Assembly: GCA_963664395.2 (NCBI GenBank)
Contig: OY761159.2
Coordinates: 3,456,001 to 3,520,000 of the forward strand
Source: Candidatus Binatia bacterium
Lineage (GTDB): Bacteria > Desulfobacterota > Binatia > Bin18
Length of the DNA: 64,000 nt
Direction of reading: 5' to 3'
Position 1 is the stretch's first letter. Each line of letters opens with the position of its first letter. Of this stretch, positions 54,073 to 64,000 are shown piece by piece. The position numbers were made by a program, and so were the translations under genes. The notes under the pieces are model-generated. The model was given only the letters and a program-made list of their open reading frames with translations. It searched no databases and was not told the DNA's origin.

Positions 54073-54728
54073 GCTGCGTCGGGAGAGTGGAGTGCGGTTT
54101 CCGGACGATGCTGCTCGTCACGAATGATGACTGAACTCCCTTGGACGGCCACCCGGCCTGCGGCAAAGAGCTTGATGGCAGCCGGGTAGATGCGGTGTTC
54201 CTGGGCCAGAATCCGCGCGCTCAAACTGTCTTCCGTATCGTCAGGATATACGGGCACGGCGGCCTGTATGATAATTGGGCCATGATCCATTTCTTCATCA
54301 ACCAGGTGGACGGTTGCGCCAGCAATCCGCACTCCTCGTGCCAGCGCTTGGCGTTGAGCGTGCAGACCGGGGAAGGCCGGCAGGAGGGCTGGGTGGATAT
54401 TCAAAATACGCTGTGGGAACGCCTGAATAAAATGTGCCGAGAGCAGACGCATAAAGCCGGCCAGAACGACCAGCTCAACCTCATGTTCTTTCAAGAGGCT
54501 GACCAGATGTTGGTCAAACTGTTCCCGAGAAGCAAAGTCCGTGTGAGCAATCACCTCTGTTGAGAGACCGTGCCGCTGTGCGCGCACCAGGCCATAGGCA
54601 TCACGCCGGTTACTCATCACAACACGGATTTGGGCAGGCAGGTCTTTACGCTCGATGGTATCGATAAGGGCCTGTAGGTTGGTACCGCCCCCGGAAATGA
54701 GAACCCCAAGAGAAAGAGGTGTCGTCAT
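54069..54728 (-). CDS. purN: Phosphoribosylglycinamide formyltransferase
   Basis: ISGGGTNLQA, LAGFMR, NIHPALLP and DHGPII. Confidence 0.96.
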   Translation of the reverse strand: MTTPLSLGVLISGGGTNLQALIDTIERKDLPAQIRVVMSNRRDAYGLVRAQRHGLSTEVIAHTDFASREQFDQHLVSLLKEHEVELVVLAGFMRLLSAHFIQAFPQRILNIHPALLPAFPGLHAQRQALARGVRIAGATVHLVDEEMDHGPIIIQAAVPVYPDDTEDSLSARILAQEHRIYPAAIKLFAAGRVAVQGSSVIIRDEQHRPETALHSPDAA

Positions 54729-54743
54729 GTGTCGGCTACGCTC

Positions 54744-55535
54744 TTATAGATCAACGACTCGGGCTACAGTGAAAACATCAACCCTGCGCGCCCCATTCTG
54801 GTACAGGGTTCGGGCACACTCTTCAACCGTAGCGCCGGATGTATATACATCGTCCACAAGAAGCAAGCGTTTTCCCTTCGCCTGGGTGTTCACCTGAAAG
54901 GCTCCTCGGACATTGGCGCGCCGGTCCTCTCTACTCAGCTTCGTCTGGGGTGGGGTAGGCCGGGTGCGACTGAGCAGCCAGGGATCAACTGGCGCTTTGA
55001 TACGCTGTCCAATGGCACGGGCAAAGATGAGAGATTGATTGAACCCCCGCCAGCGCAGTTTGGTAATGTGCAGGGGAACCGGCACAATGCTGTCATAGTC
55101 TTCCCCTCCTTGCGGCTCCGTTTGCGGCTGCTCCGCTTGCGGCTCCTGCGCGAGAGGAAAATGATGCGCCGTTAACCCTGCGAGTGCCTTTCCGGCTCTC
55201 ATATTACGGCCATATTTGAATCGGAGGAGGCTCTGACGTAGGGGCTGAGGTGAGTCGATTGGCGTCCGATACGCAGCCCACGCACGCGCCTGGCGAAAAA
55301 TGGGTGGTTGTGTCAAGCACTGGTGACACACATGATCGGGTCCGACTCCGGAGGCAAAGGGCCGGCCGCAACAGGTGCAGAGCGGGGAGCGGATGAATTG
55401 AATCCAGCGCTGACACTTCAGGCAGAATGCTTGGCCCGGAGGAGGACAGACGTGGCAGTTGAGACAGCGCCACGGATACAGCAGGGTGAGTGCTGTCCGA
55501 GCTGCGGTGTTGATCCGCTGAAGCCCGGCTTGCAT
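54744..55535 (-). CDS. comF: ComF family protein (double Zn ribbon + PRTase fold)
   Basis: Four CxxC pairs, VPVPLH, RGFNQS and LLVDDVYTSGAT. Confidence 0.9.
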   Translation of the reverse strand: MQAGLQRINTAARTALTLLYPWRCLNCHVCPPPGQAFCLKCQRWIQFIRSPLCTCCGRPFASGVGPDHVCHQCLTQPPIFRQARAWAAYRTPIDSPQPLRQSLLRFKYGRNMRAGKALAGLTAHHFPLAQEPQAEQPQTEPQGGEDYDSIVPVPLHITKLRWRGFNQSLIFARAIGQRIKAPVDPWLLSRTRPTPPQTKLSREDRRANVRGAFQVNTQAKGKRLLLVDDVYTSGATVEECARTLYQNGARRVDVFTVARVVDL

Positions 55536-55824
55536 GTAACCCTTCTGAATACTTATGATTTTCCCTCTCCCTGGCGATTTCTTGTCGTATGAAAATTTTT
55601 TTGTGGACTTGTTTTGGGAGCGGCGCTCGTATATTGGTAGCTGCACTATACGCAGATTTTTTCTTGGCCCTGCTCCATTAGGGATACGGCTGATAGGTAG
55701 CGCTCCTAATCCATAACAGAGGGACGAGACCTCCCTCTTCCAGTATTCCGCCAGAGCCAAAAGCGCTACCCTAACGCTACCCTGCCAAGCCGAGACAGGT
55801 GTGGGCCAGAGAGAGGAATTGGTC

Positions 55825-56271
55825 ATGGCGAATACCCAACGTGCAATCGCGCCAATGTTGCGATTGCCCGCTGCTCTGGACGAAAGACCTTATCTTGTCG
55901 GGTATCAGTGCCCCGATTGTGACGCAACCTATATCGGTGGGAACCGGGTCGGGTGCGGTAAGTGTACGTATATCGGAGATTTGCCCGAGGTGCAGCTCAG
56001 CGATCACGGCACGCTCTACGTCTATTCTATTGTGCACCAGTCCGCACCGGGTATCCCTGTCCCGTACGTATCCGCAATTGTTGACCTCCCGGAAGGGGTG
56101 AGCGTTCGGTGCAATTTAGTCGATATCGAGCCCGATCCTCAAAAGATTGAATTCGGCATGCCCGTAGACATGGTGACGCGTAAGGTGCGGGAACGGAAAG
56201 AAAAAAATGCCGATGGAGATGAACAAACAATTGACATTATTGCTTTCTTTTTCAAGCCGCGCAAAAATTGA
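55825..56271 (+). CDS. DUF35 Zn-ribbon/OB-fold protein
   Basis: CPDC...CGKC, GTLYVYSIVH and VPYVSAIVDL.EG; upstream of a thiolase. Confidence 0.85.
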   Translation: MANTQRAIAPMLRLPAALDERPYLVGYQCPDCDATYIGGNRVGCGKCTYIGDLPEVQLSDHGTLYVYSIVHQSAPGIPVPYVSAIVDLPEGVSVRCNLVDIEPDPQKIEFGMPVDMVTRKVRERKEKNADGDEQTIDIIAFFFKPRKN

Positions 56272-56303
56272 AGGCAGGCCGATAACCGCAAAGGGGTGTA
56301 GGT

Positions 56304-57440
56304 ATGAGAGACGTATATGTGCTCGGTGTTGGCATGATCAAGTTTGGACGCTACCCGGACAAGGACGTGTCCCAAATGGGAGCAGAAGCGGGAGTCCTCG
56401 CACTCAAAGATGCCGGGGCATCCATCAAGGATGTTGAGTTGCTTGTGTGCGGGAACTTGTTCCAAGCCAGTGCCATGAATGCCCAGAAGATTCTGCAGCA
56501 AATTGGCCAAACCGGTATCCCTGCCCTGAATGTAGCCAATGCGTGCGCGACTGGTTCGACAGCCTTTCGCGAGGCCTATATCGGTGTCGCGTCGGGTATG
56601 TACGATGTCAGCATGGCCGTTGGTGTTGAGCAGATGGGTAAGATGGGCCTGCTCGGTGGCGGAGCACGGAGCGGAGGAGAGAGCGTCGAAGGTGTGTTGG
56701 GCAGTGGCCTCATGCCAGCCGTCTTTGGTCAGGCCGGCGTAGAACATATGCGCAAGCACGGAACGACGGCTGAGCATTTCGCGAAAATCTCGGTGAAGAA
56801 TCATAAACATTCAGTCCACAACCCCTTGTCCCAATATCAGGTTGAAGTGTCGCTCAATGATGTGATGAATGCCCGTATGGTTGCCTATCCCAATACGCTG
56901 TATATGTGTTGTCCGACTGGAGATGGGGCCGCCGCCGCGATCTTAATGTCAGAAGACAAGATGAAGCAGTTCACCAGTAAGCCGGTAAAAGTCGCGACTT
57001 CTGTCTTAACCTCGGACCCGTATACCGATCGGGATCTGACGATGCCGGATGTCAATACGTTGACTCAGAATGCGGCAAAAGAAGCCTATGAAAAAGCCGG
57101 CATTGGACCGCAAGACCTGAGTCTGGTCGAACTCCACGATTGTTTTGCCACAGCTGAGCTGTTGCATTATGAAAACTTGGGCCTGTGTGCTGAAGGCGAA
57201 GCCGGACGGATGATTGATGAAGGACGGACCGAGCTGGGTGGAGATATTCCAGTCAACGTGAGTGGGGGCCTGCTCTCCAAGGGTCATCCGCTTGGGGCAA
57301 CCGGGATCGCGAATATCTATGAAATCGTGACGCAGCTTCGAGGCCGGGGGGGCGCGCGCCAAGTTGAAGGCGCAAAGGCCGGTCTCGCCCATGTGATCGG
57401 CCTTGGGTCGGCCTGTACGATCCATATCCTGACTGCCTAG
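56304..57440 (+). CDS. Thiolase family protein (SCP2/lipid-transfer type)
   Basis: VANACATGS, DGAAA, VELHDCF and SKGHPLGATG. Confidence 0.88.
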   Translation: MRDVYVLGVGMIKFGRYPDKDVSQMGAEAGVLALKDAGASIKDVELLVCGNLFQASAMNAQKILQQIGQTGIPALNVANACATGSTAFREAYIGVASGMYDVSMAVGVEQMGKMGLLGGGARSGGESVEGVLGSGLMPAVFGQAGVEHMRKHGTTAEHFAKISVKNHKHSVHNPLSQYQVEVSLNDVMNARMVAYPNTLYMCCPTGDGAAAAILMSEDKMKQFTSKPVKVATSVLTSDPYTDRDLTMPDVNTLTQNAAKEAYEKAGIGPQDLSLVELHDCFATAELLHYENLGLCAEGEAGRMIDEGRTELGGDIPVNVSGGLLSKGHPLGATGIANIYEIVTQLRGRGGARQVEGAKAGLAHVIGLGSACTIHILTA

Positions 57441-57554
57441 TTGCCGGGTTGTACGATTGTTTTGTGTAGGGGTTGTGCATAAGAGTCACCAACTCCTACC
57501 GTGCCTGTGCGGAACGTACCTGCACGACAGAAGACGGACCGTGTGAGGGGGGAT

Positions 57555-58043
57555 ATGGACCTACCAATTGTAAAAAAGCTGAGAAAAGAGCTTGACGAGT
57601 TATACCGCGAGCTCAATGTCCGCATTCCAAAAGACCTCCAAGAGGCTGCCGCTCATGGTGATCTGAGTGAAAATGCCGAGTATGACGCGGCTCGGGCGCG
57701 TCAAGATTATGTCCAAGCCCGCATCGCCCAACTCACTGGACGGATGCAGCAACTCTCGCTGTATGATCTATCGAGTATTCCAAAAGCTTCGATTGCCTAT
57801 GGCAGCCGGGTAAAACTTGAAGAAGTCGGTTCGGGTGATGTTGTTGAGTATCAGATTGTTTTTCCCGAAGAAGTTGACCCCGCTGTGGGACAAATTTCAC
57901 TCCACTCTCCGATTGGTCAGGCTCTCTTGCACAAGGAGCTCGACGACGAGGTAGAGATAGTAACCCCTCAGGGGAAGCAGTCCTACACTATTATTGATCT
58001 GGCAACACTGCGTGATATTGAGAACGGTAGAGAGAAGGAATGA
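57555..58043 (+). CDS. greA: Transcription elongation factor GreA/GreB
   Basis: AAAHGDLSENAEYDAA and ISLHSPIGQALL. Confidence 0.88.
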   Translation: MDLPIVKKLRKELDELYRELNVRIPKDLQEAAAHGDLSENAEYDAARARQDYVQARIAQLTGRMQQLSLYDLSSIPKASIAYGSRVKLEEVGSGDVVEYQIVFPEEVDPAVGQISLHSPIGQALLHKELDDEVEIVTPQGKQSYTIIDLATLRDIENGREKE

Positions 58044-58106
58044 GGTGGGATACGCCTCTTGCGTGATGGGAGCGGATCGTTTAGCGTAGTGGAGGAAAGC
58101 GAGGGG

Positions 58107-58134
58107 AAAGTGGGCGGGAGCCCACTTTTTTTTT
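58107..58134 (+). promoter_or_regulatory. Terminator-like hairpin immediately upstream of rimP
   Basis: AAAGTGGGC-GGGA-GCCCACTTT followed by a T run ending 4 nt before the rimP ATG. Confidence 0.7.
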
Positions 58135-58138
58135 CAAT

Positions 58139-58669
58139 ATGCAACCCTCAGTCCAAGAGATTATTCAGCAGATTGAGAAAATTAGCACTCCTCTAGCCGA
58201 GGATGAAGGCTTTGAGCTGTGGGGTGTGGCTCTGTTGACCGAGGGAGGCCGTTGGGTACTGCGGGTTTTGCTTGAAAGCGAAAATGGGGTGACGCTTGAC
58301 GATTGTACGCGAGTCCATCGACAACTTAACGATTTGCTTGATGTTCATGACCCTATTCCATGGCGCTATACACTTGAGGTGTCTTCTCCGGGCATTAACC
58401 GTCCGCTCTTTCGCCTCAGCCATTATCAACGCTACCTGGGACAACCGATCCGCTTACAGACGAAGACCGCCCAGGATGGTAAGCGGGCTTTCATTGGCCC
58501 TATATGTGAAGTAGAAGAGAGCGCTATTAGCCTAGTTGACCAAGAAAGAGGAAAGGTTCGTATTGGCTGGGCAGATGTGGCGCGTGCCCATGTTGATCTT
58601 CCCCCACCCCTGCCTGGTAAAAGTCCTGGGAAGAAGAAACGCAAAAGCGGACGACGTCAGATGAGGTAA
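58139..58669 (+). CDS. rimP: Ribosome maturation factor RimP
   Basis: GVTLDDC and YTLEVSSPGINRPL. Confidence 0.93.
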   Translation: MQPSVQEIIQQIEKISTPLAEDEGFELWGVALLTEGGRWVLRVLLESENGVTLDDCTRVHRQLNDLLDVHDPIPWRYTLEVSSPGINRPLFRLSHYQRYLGQPIRLQTKTAQDGKRAFIGPICEVEESAISLVDQERGKVRIGWADVARAHVDLPPPLPGKSPGKKKRKSGRRQMR

Positions 58670-58674
58670 CCGTT

Positions 58675-60081
58675 ATGCCGTCAGACTTGAATCGTGTGAT
58701 CGAACAAGTCAGTAGAGAAAAAGGGATGGACCGGAACGTCATTGTTGAGGCGCTTGAGAGTGCCATGCTGTCTGCGGCCCGTCGGACCTTTGGGCAAAAG
58801 CAGATCGAAGCGAAGTTTAATGAGGAAATAGGTGAGGTTGAACTCTTTGAAATTAAAACTGTTGTCGGGAGCGTGACAGACGCGGAAACCGAAATAGGAA
58901 TGACTGACGCGCAAGAGACACTCGACCCTGAGGCGCAGATTGGCGACGAGCTGCTCAGCAAGCTCCCGACGGCTTCTTTTGGACGCATTGCAGCCCAAGT
59001 GGCAAAACAGAGCGTCATCCAGAAGGTGCGCGAAGCAGAGCGCGAGCTGATCTATAATGAATTTAAGAATCGTAAAGGCGAAATCTTCTCGGGGATCGTC
59101 CAACGAGTCGAACGGCGTAACATCATTGTCAATTTGGGTCGCACTGATGCGATTCTGCCCGAAAAGGAGCAGATTCCATGGGAGCGCTACCGTCAGGGAG
59201 ACCGTATACGGGCGTATATCCTTGATGTCGATATGGCGCAAAAAGGCCCCCAGATAGTTCTCTCTCGAACCCACCCCGGATTCTTGATCAAGCTGTTCGA
59301 ACAAGAGGCCCCGGAGGTGTACGAAGGGATTGTGGAAATCAAAGGTGCAGCCCGAGAACCGGGGGCGCGCGCAAAGATAGGTGTGTACTCAACCGACTCG
59401 GATGTCGATCCTGTTGGAGCCTGTGTTGGGATGAAGGGGACGCGTGTCCAGGCGGTTGTCCAAGAACTCCGGGGAGAACGGATAGACATCGTTCCGTGGA
59501 CGTCTGACCCAGCTGAATATGTCTGTCGAGCCATCCTGCCGGCCAAGGTTGCCAAAATTATTCTTGATGAAGATGAAAACACGATGGAAGTGATCGTCCC
59601 GGATGATCAGCTCTCTCTTGCCATTGGGAAGAAGGGCCAAAATGTCCGCCTGGCTTCACGTCTGACAAACTGGAAGCTGGACGTCCGGTCTGAGTCAGAA
59701 GTAGAGTTGGAACATGCCCAAGTACTTGAAGTGTTGAATGCCATCCCGGGGATAGGGGAGTCGAACGCAGATATTACGGCAGAGCTCTTGTATCAGCAAG
59801 GCTTTAAGTCGGCCCAAGAGATAGCAGGTGTCGATATTGATGCGCTGCTTGAAATCGAAGGGATCGGACCAGAGCGGGCTCCTGCGATTTGGGAAGCGGC
59901 CAGGCAGCAGGCGGAGAAAGTAGCGGCGGAACAAGAGGCTGGGCTCGGTGATCAGGGCACAGCGGCTGTTGCTGTGCCGGAAGCACAGGTCGGAAGCACA
60001 GGTGCCGGAAGCACAGGTGCCGGAAGCACAGGTGCCGGAAGCACAGGTGCCGGAAGAACCCGCCGAGGCAAGCGACAGTGA
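58675..60081 (+). CDS. nusA: Transcription termination factor NusA (C-terminal tail apparently frameshifted)
   Basis: FGRIAAQ.AKQ, LSRTHP, DPVGACVG and SLAIGKKGQNVRLA. Confidence 0.96.
   Translation: MPSDLNRVIEQVSREKGMDRNVIVEALESAMLSAARRTFGQKQIEAKFNEEIGEVELFEIKTVVGSVTDAETEIGMTDAQETLDPEAQIGDELLSKLPTASFGRIAAQVAKQSVIQKVREAERELIYNEFKNRKGEIFSGIVQRVERRNIIVNLGRTDAILPEKEQIPWERYRQGDRIRAYILDVDMAQKGPQIVLSRTHPGFLIKLFEQEAPEVYEGIVEIKGAAREPGARAKIGVYSTDSDVDPVGACVGMKGTRVQAVVQELRGERIDIVPWTSDPAEYVCRAILPAKVAKIILDEDENTMEVIVPDDQLSLAIGKKGQNVRLASRLTNWKLDVRSESEVELEHAQVLEVLNAIPGIGESNADITAELLYQQGFKSAQEIAGVDIDALLEIEGIGPERAPAIWEAARQQAEKVAAEQEAGLGDQGTAAVAVPEAQVGSTGAGSTGAGSTGAGSTGAGRTRRGKRQ
59974..60056 (+). repeat. 15-bp tandem repeat (GTGCCGGAAGCACAG) x5 plus a partial copy in the nusA tail
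   Basis: Units start at 59974, 59989 (13 nt, lacks 2 nt), 60002, 60017, 60032 and 60047 (partial). Confidence 0.92.
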
Positions 60082-60123
60082 GGGAGACGGCGCAGAGACG
60101 ACAGCGGAAGTCTCTGAGGACGC

Positions 60124-60390
60124 ATGAAGCACAACGAGCCGATTCGGACCTGTCTGGGATGTAGCCGGCGAGAGAAGAAAAGCCGGTTATTACGGTTGAC
60201 GGTGACGTCTGAGGGGCGGATCGTTCCCGATCAAAGACGGGGTCGAGGTGGGTATCTTCATTCAAGCCGAGAATGTGTTAATGCTTTTGTCAATACACGG
60301 ACGAAGAATTGTCGTTCATTACGAGCGGTATTCTCCCGGGAGGTACGGGCCAGCTACGCTGCCCTGATTGAATCCAGCCTGTCGGTGTGA
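60124..60390 (+). CDS. ylxR: YlxR (DUF448) family protein
   Basis: PIRTCLGC, LLRL and GRGGYLH; between nusA and infB. Confidence 0.88.
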   Translation: MKHNEPIRTCLGCSRREKKSRLLRLTVTSEGRIVPDQRRGRGGYLHSSRECVNAFVNTRTKNCRSLRAVFSREVRASYAALIESSLSV

Positions 60391-60410
60391 AGAGACGGCG
60401 ATGAGGTCAT

Positions 60411-63272
60411 ATGTCACGGAAGCGTATCCATGAATTAGCCAAGGAATGGGGAGTCGGAACGCGGCAAGTTCTTACTCAGCTTGAAGCGCAGGGTATCCAT
60501 CGGAAAAAAGCCCAGAGCATGCTCTCGGAACAAGAGGCCGCCGCCGTGCATCAGGCTATTCAGCCACCCGCGGCTCCCTCGCTGGTGCTCGGGGAAGAAA
60601 AAGTCGTTGCCGAGCGTGTTGTCACCGAGCTTGACCAGCAAAGAGAGCATGTCGTTACGGCTCGGGAAGAGATTCGCGAGAATCGAATTCGCCCAAACGT
60701 TATTCGACGCCGAAAGCGCGTCGAAGTCCTGAACGCTGATACGGCTACGTGGTCTGAATCCGCACCTGTCGCATTTTCAGCGCCAACGGTCGAAGAGCCG
60801 CTTCCGACGTTTGCTCCTACAGCGTTTGATCTCCCGGTACAAGATCCAGCTCCGAGCATGCCTGAATCCCACTCTGCCGAGGCACCCGCCGTTGAGCCCC
60901 CTCCTGCAGCAGTGGATGCGCTCCACCAACAGGAGTCCCCTGGCGACGTTGCTGACCTATCCGTACCAGTGTCGGTTGACGGCGGAACAGCGAGCGCAGA
61001 GGAAGGAAAGGGGTCTCCTGAACAAGCGGCGCCCAGTTCCGTAATCACCAGCGGTGACATCCCTGCCGAGGCACAGCAACGCGCGGTTGTGACAGCAGCA
61101 CCCACTCCAGGAGACGCCAGTAAAAATTTGGTCCCAGCGTCAATGAACCTCAGCAGCGAGGGTCCTCGTTCGGCACGTGTGCTTGGACGGATTGATCTTG
61201 GCAAATTCGCCGTGCCCCCTGCCCCGCGGCGGGATGGTTTCACCCGGCCGGGCTCTTCTACCCCCTTTGCTACCGATGCCGGCATCCGTGAGCCTACGAG
61301 TGGTGAAGGAACAGCTGCTCCTGGGAAAAAGCGAGGCAAGAAGCGCAAGGTCATCCGGAACGCAGAGTCGCTCGATGTCCAAGAGCGAGCGACGCACGTC
61401 GCGCGCGGGGCCAAAAAGAGACGGCTGCTTCCGAGCAAGGATCAGCGCCAGACCGAAATTACGGTTCCCAAGGCCAGCAAGCGAGTTGTTCGTATATCCG
61501 AAGTGATTACCGTTGGAGATTTGGCCCATAGCCTCGGAGTGAAGGTTGGGGAGGTCATTAAAAAGTTGATGGGTCTTGGGGTCATGGCGACCATTAATCA
61601 GATCCTCGATCATGATACGGCTTCGCTTGTGGCTGCTGACTTCGAATATACGGTCGAGAATGTTGCCTTTGATGCGGAGTCTGTTCTGGAAGACGAGCAC
61701 GAAGCTCCAGAGGATGAGGGCGCGCTCGAGACTCGGCCGCCGGTTGTGACCATCATGGGGCATGTAGACCATGGGAAAACGTCGCTGTTGGATAAAATCC
61801 GGCAGACGAATGTCACCGCTCACGAACAAGGCGGGATCACTCAACACATTGGGGCATATAGCGTGCCGGTCGAAAACCGCAGTGTGACGTTTCTTGACAC
61901 CCCGGGCCATGAGGCATTCACGTCTATGCGTGCCCGTGGAGCGAAGGCAACGGATATTGTCACGCTCGTAGTGGCTGCGGACGATGGCGTCATGCCCCAG
62001 ACGATCGAGGCCATTAATCACGCCCGGGCAGCCGAGGTGCCCATTATTGTTGCGGTGAATAAAATAGACAAACCAGGCGCAGATAGTGAACGGGTAAAGC
62101 GCGAATTGATATCTCATGGTCTGGTCGCAGAGGATATGGGCGGGGACATTATTTTCGCTCCGATTTCAGCACTCACCGGAGAGGGGATTGAGCATCTCTT
62201 GGAAATGCTTATTCTCCAGGCTGACATCATGGAGCTGCGAGCAAATCCGAACAAATTTGCTCGCGGGGTCATTGTGGAAGCCCAGCTTGATCGGGGTCGT
62301 GGGCCGGTCGCTACCGTGCTGGTCCAAGAGGGAGAGTTGAAAGTCGGTGACTCATTCGTGTGTGGTACGAAACACGGCCGGGTCAGGGCAATGCTTGATA
62401 GTTTGGGCAAGAAGGTGCCAGTTGCCTCTCCCTCGATGCCTGTAGAGATTCTTGGTCTGACCGGAGTGCCTGAGGCGGGGGATACGTTTGTCGCTATTGG
62501 TGATGAAGCCAAGGCGCGCCAGATTGCAGAACACCGCACCGAGAAGCGACGTGAGAGCCAATTGACAAAGAGTAGCCGGACCTCACTTGAAGACTTTTAT
62601 CAACAAGCCCAAGCCGGAGAAGTGCAAGAGCTTCGGGTTATTATTAAAGCAGATGTCCAAGGCTCCGCCGAAGCTGTGCGCGATGCCCTGACTCGGTTGT
62701 CTACCGACGAGGTAAGGCTCACCGTGCTCCACGCGTCTGTTGGCGGCATCTCCGAATCCGATGTCTTACTCGCCTCAGCCTCGAAGGGCGTTATTATCGG
62801 ATTTAATGTCCGTCCCGAGGTCAAGGCCGCTCAGCTTGCGGACCGAGAGGGCATCGATCTGCGACTGTACGGCATTATTTATAATGCCATTGCTGATGTT
62901 CGTGCGGCTATGGAGGGCATGCTTACTCCGACCTATAAAGAAAAGCCGCTTGGTCGAGCAGAAGTCCGAGAGGTCTTCTCGGTTTCAAAAATGGGACTGA
63001 TTGCCGGTTGCATGGTTGTGGAAGGCGGGGTCACTCGCGGTGCTCAGGTCCGGGTTGTGCGTGATCACGTTGTGGTCCACACCGGTCGCCTTTCGACGCT
63101 GCGTCGATTTAAGAACGATGTGCGAGAGGTCGCAGCGGGAACGGAATGCGGGGCCAGTGTCGAAAATTTTCAGGACGTCAAAGTGGGCGATGTCTTGGAG
63201 GTGTATGAGCTCGAAGAAGTCGCGCGCCACCTCGAACCACGCTCCCAAGAAGTGGAACGCCGCGCTTCGTAG
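60411..63272 (+). CDS. infB: Translation initiation factor IF-2
   Basis: [29 protein letters not shown] and NKID. Confidence 0.97.
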   Translation: MSRKRIHELAKEWGVGTRQVLTQLEAQGIHRKKAQSMLSEQEAAAVHQAIQPPAAPSLVLGEEKVVAERVVTELDQQREHVVTAREEIRENRIRPNVIRRRKRVEVLNADTATWSESAPVAFSAPTVEEPLPTFAPTAFDLPVQDPAPSMPESHSAEAPAVEPPPAAVDALHQQESPGDVADLSVPVSVDGGTASAEEGKGSPEQAAPSSVITSGDIPAEAQQRAVVTAAPTPGDASKNLVPASMNLSSEGPRSARVLGRIDLGKFAVPPAPRRDGFTRPGSSTPFATDAGIREPTSGEGTAAPGKKRGKKRKVIRNAESLDVQERATHVARGAKKRRLLPSKDQRQTEITVPKASKRVVRISEVITVGDLAHSLGVKVGEVIKKLMGLGVMATINQILDHDTASLVAADFEYTVENVAFDAESVLEDEHEAPEDEGALETRPPVVTIMGHVDHGKTSLLDKIRQTNVTAHEQGGITQHIGAYSVPVENRSVTFLDTPGHEAFTSMRARGAKATDIVTLVVAADDGVMPQTIEAINHARAAEVPIIVAVNKIDKPGADSERVKRELISHGLVAEDMGGDIIFAPISALTGEGIEHLLEMLILQADIMELRANPNKFARGVIVEAQLDRGRGPVATVLVQEGELKVGDSFVCGTKHGRVRAMLDSLGKKVPVASPSMPVEILGLTGVPEAGDTFVAIGDEAKARQIAEHRTEKRRESQLTKSSRTSLEDFYQQAQAGEVQELRVIIKADVQGSAEAVRDALTRLSTDEVRLTVLHASVGGISESDVLLASASKGVIIGFNVRPEVKAAQLADREGIDLRLYGIIYNAIADVRAAMEGMLTPTYKEKPLGRAEVREVFSVSKMGLIAGCMVVEGGVTRGAQVRVVRDHVVVHTGRLSTLRRFKNDVREVAAGTECGASVENFQDVKVGDVLEVYELEEVARHLEPRSQEVERRAS

Positions 63273-63361
63273 TCGGTACAGGGGGAAAGCGGGGAGTTGG
63301 TGCGGACAGGCGACTCTGGCCTGCCGCCTATCCGCTCCCGTGTCATATCGGGAGGTGGCCG

Positions 63362-63649
63362 ATGGTTGTGGGCGTGCTCCGACTGATCCTCTACTGTCAT
63401 GCGAGTCATTCCTTAAAAGAGAAACGTGGCGTCGTTCGGAAGATAAAGAGCCGCGTCCGGAACGAATTCAACGTTTCAGTCGCAGAGTGCGCCGAGCAAG
63501 ACCAGTGGCAAACCATTGTTCTCGCGGTCTGCCAAGTCGGCTCCGATCATGCCTATGTTGAGGGAACATTACAGGCAGTGACGAACTTTATTGAACGGCT
63601 GCATGTGGCTGAGCTGGGTGAGACGCAGGTCGAAATCCTGCATTGCTAA
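63362..63649 (+). CDS. DUF503 (YlxP-like) protein
   Basis: MVVGVL...SLKEKR..V...FNVSVAE; between infB and rbfA. Confidence 0.88.
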   Translation: MVVGVLRLILYCHASHSLKEKRGVVRKIKSRVRNEFNVSVAECAEQDQWQTIVLAVCQVGSDHAYVEGTLQAVTNFIERLHVAELGETQVEILHC

Positions 63650-63693
63650 AGGCGATGTGGTGATCTCAATGCGCCGCCTGAATAAATATTATT

Positions 63694-64000
63694 ATGCCTG
63701 TCCGTCGTCCTGAACGTGTGAGTGGCCTGCTCCTCCACGCTGTTGCCGATATTGTGTTGCGAGAAGTGAGAGACCCCAGAGTAAGCGGGGTGACCGTCAC
63801 TGCCGCGACACTGAGTCCTGATCTCCGCCTGGCGCGTATTTTCGTGCGGACCCTCCAGGGCAACACGGACGAAACACGGGCCGACGCACTGGCCGGTCTC
63901 CAGAGTGCGGCTGGCTATATCCGCCGTCAGGTGGCAGCTCGTTTGCAACTCCGTTATACCCCAACGCTTAAATTTACCTATGACAATACACCGGATGAGG
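63694..64000 (+). CDS. rbfA: Ribosome-binding factor A (3'-partial)
   Basis: Manual translation MPVRRPERV...VRDPRV..VTVT...LSPDLRLARIFV...AAGYIR...LRYTPTLKFTYD; runs off the window end. Confidence 0.92.
   Translation, partial: MPVRRPERVSGLLLHAVADIVLREVRDPRVSGVTVTAATLSPDLRLARIFVRTLQGNTDETRADALAGLQSAAGYIRRQVAARLQLRYTPTLKFTYDNTPDE

Overview
GC-rich bacterial chromosomal window. Its gene order resembles Deltaproteobacteria/Binatia (inference only). Left part (1-27.3 kb): a 5'-truncated arylsulfotransferase/Calx-beta surface protein, catabolic enzymes, pncB, a DUF4160/DUF2442 toxin-antitoxin pair with a nonsense-interrupted DUF4160 gene, ligA, the aguAB/speA putrescine pathway, Sua5, an orphan MT-A70 methyltransferase, monomeric icd, and an SDR/HMG-CoA-synthase-DUF35/thiolase/acyl-CoA dehydrogenase cluster. 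Middle: a core string yceD-rpmF-plsX-fabD-fabG-acpP-glyA-nrdR-ribD-ribBA-ribH-nusB-leuS-lptE. Main accessory feature: an ~11.3 kb island (40700-51992) bounded by a direct repeat of the lptE 3' end. It carries a truncated HTH-WYL regulator fused to a remnant of a different (Myxan-type) cas6, a complete type I-F cas operon, a leader with two IHF-consensus sites, a ~32-repeat array with many internal deletions, and a VapC fragment. No integrase is visible. Right part: rpsT, mazG, rnhC split at a CCC-TGA site, purN, comF, DUF35/thiolase, greA and rimP-nusA-ylxR-infB-DUF503-rbfA. All family calls come from recognising motifs by eye; no database searches were run.
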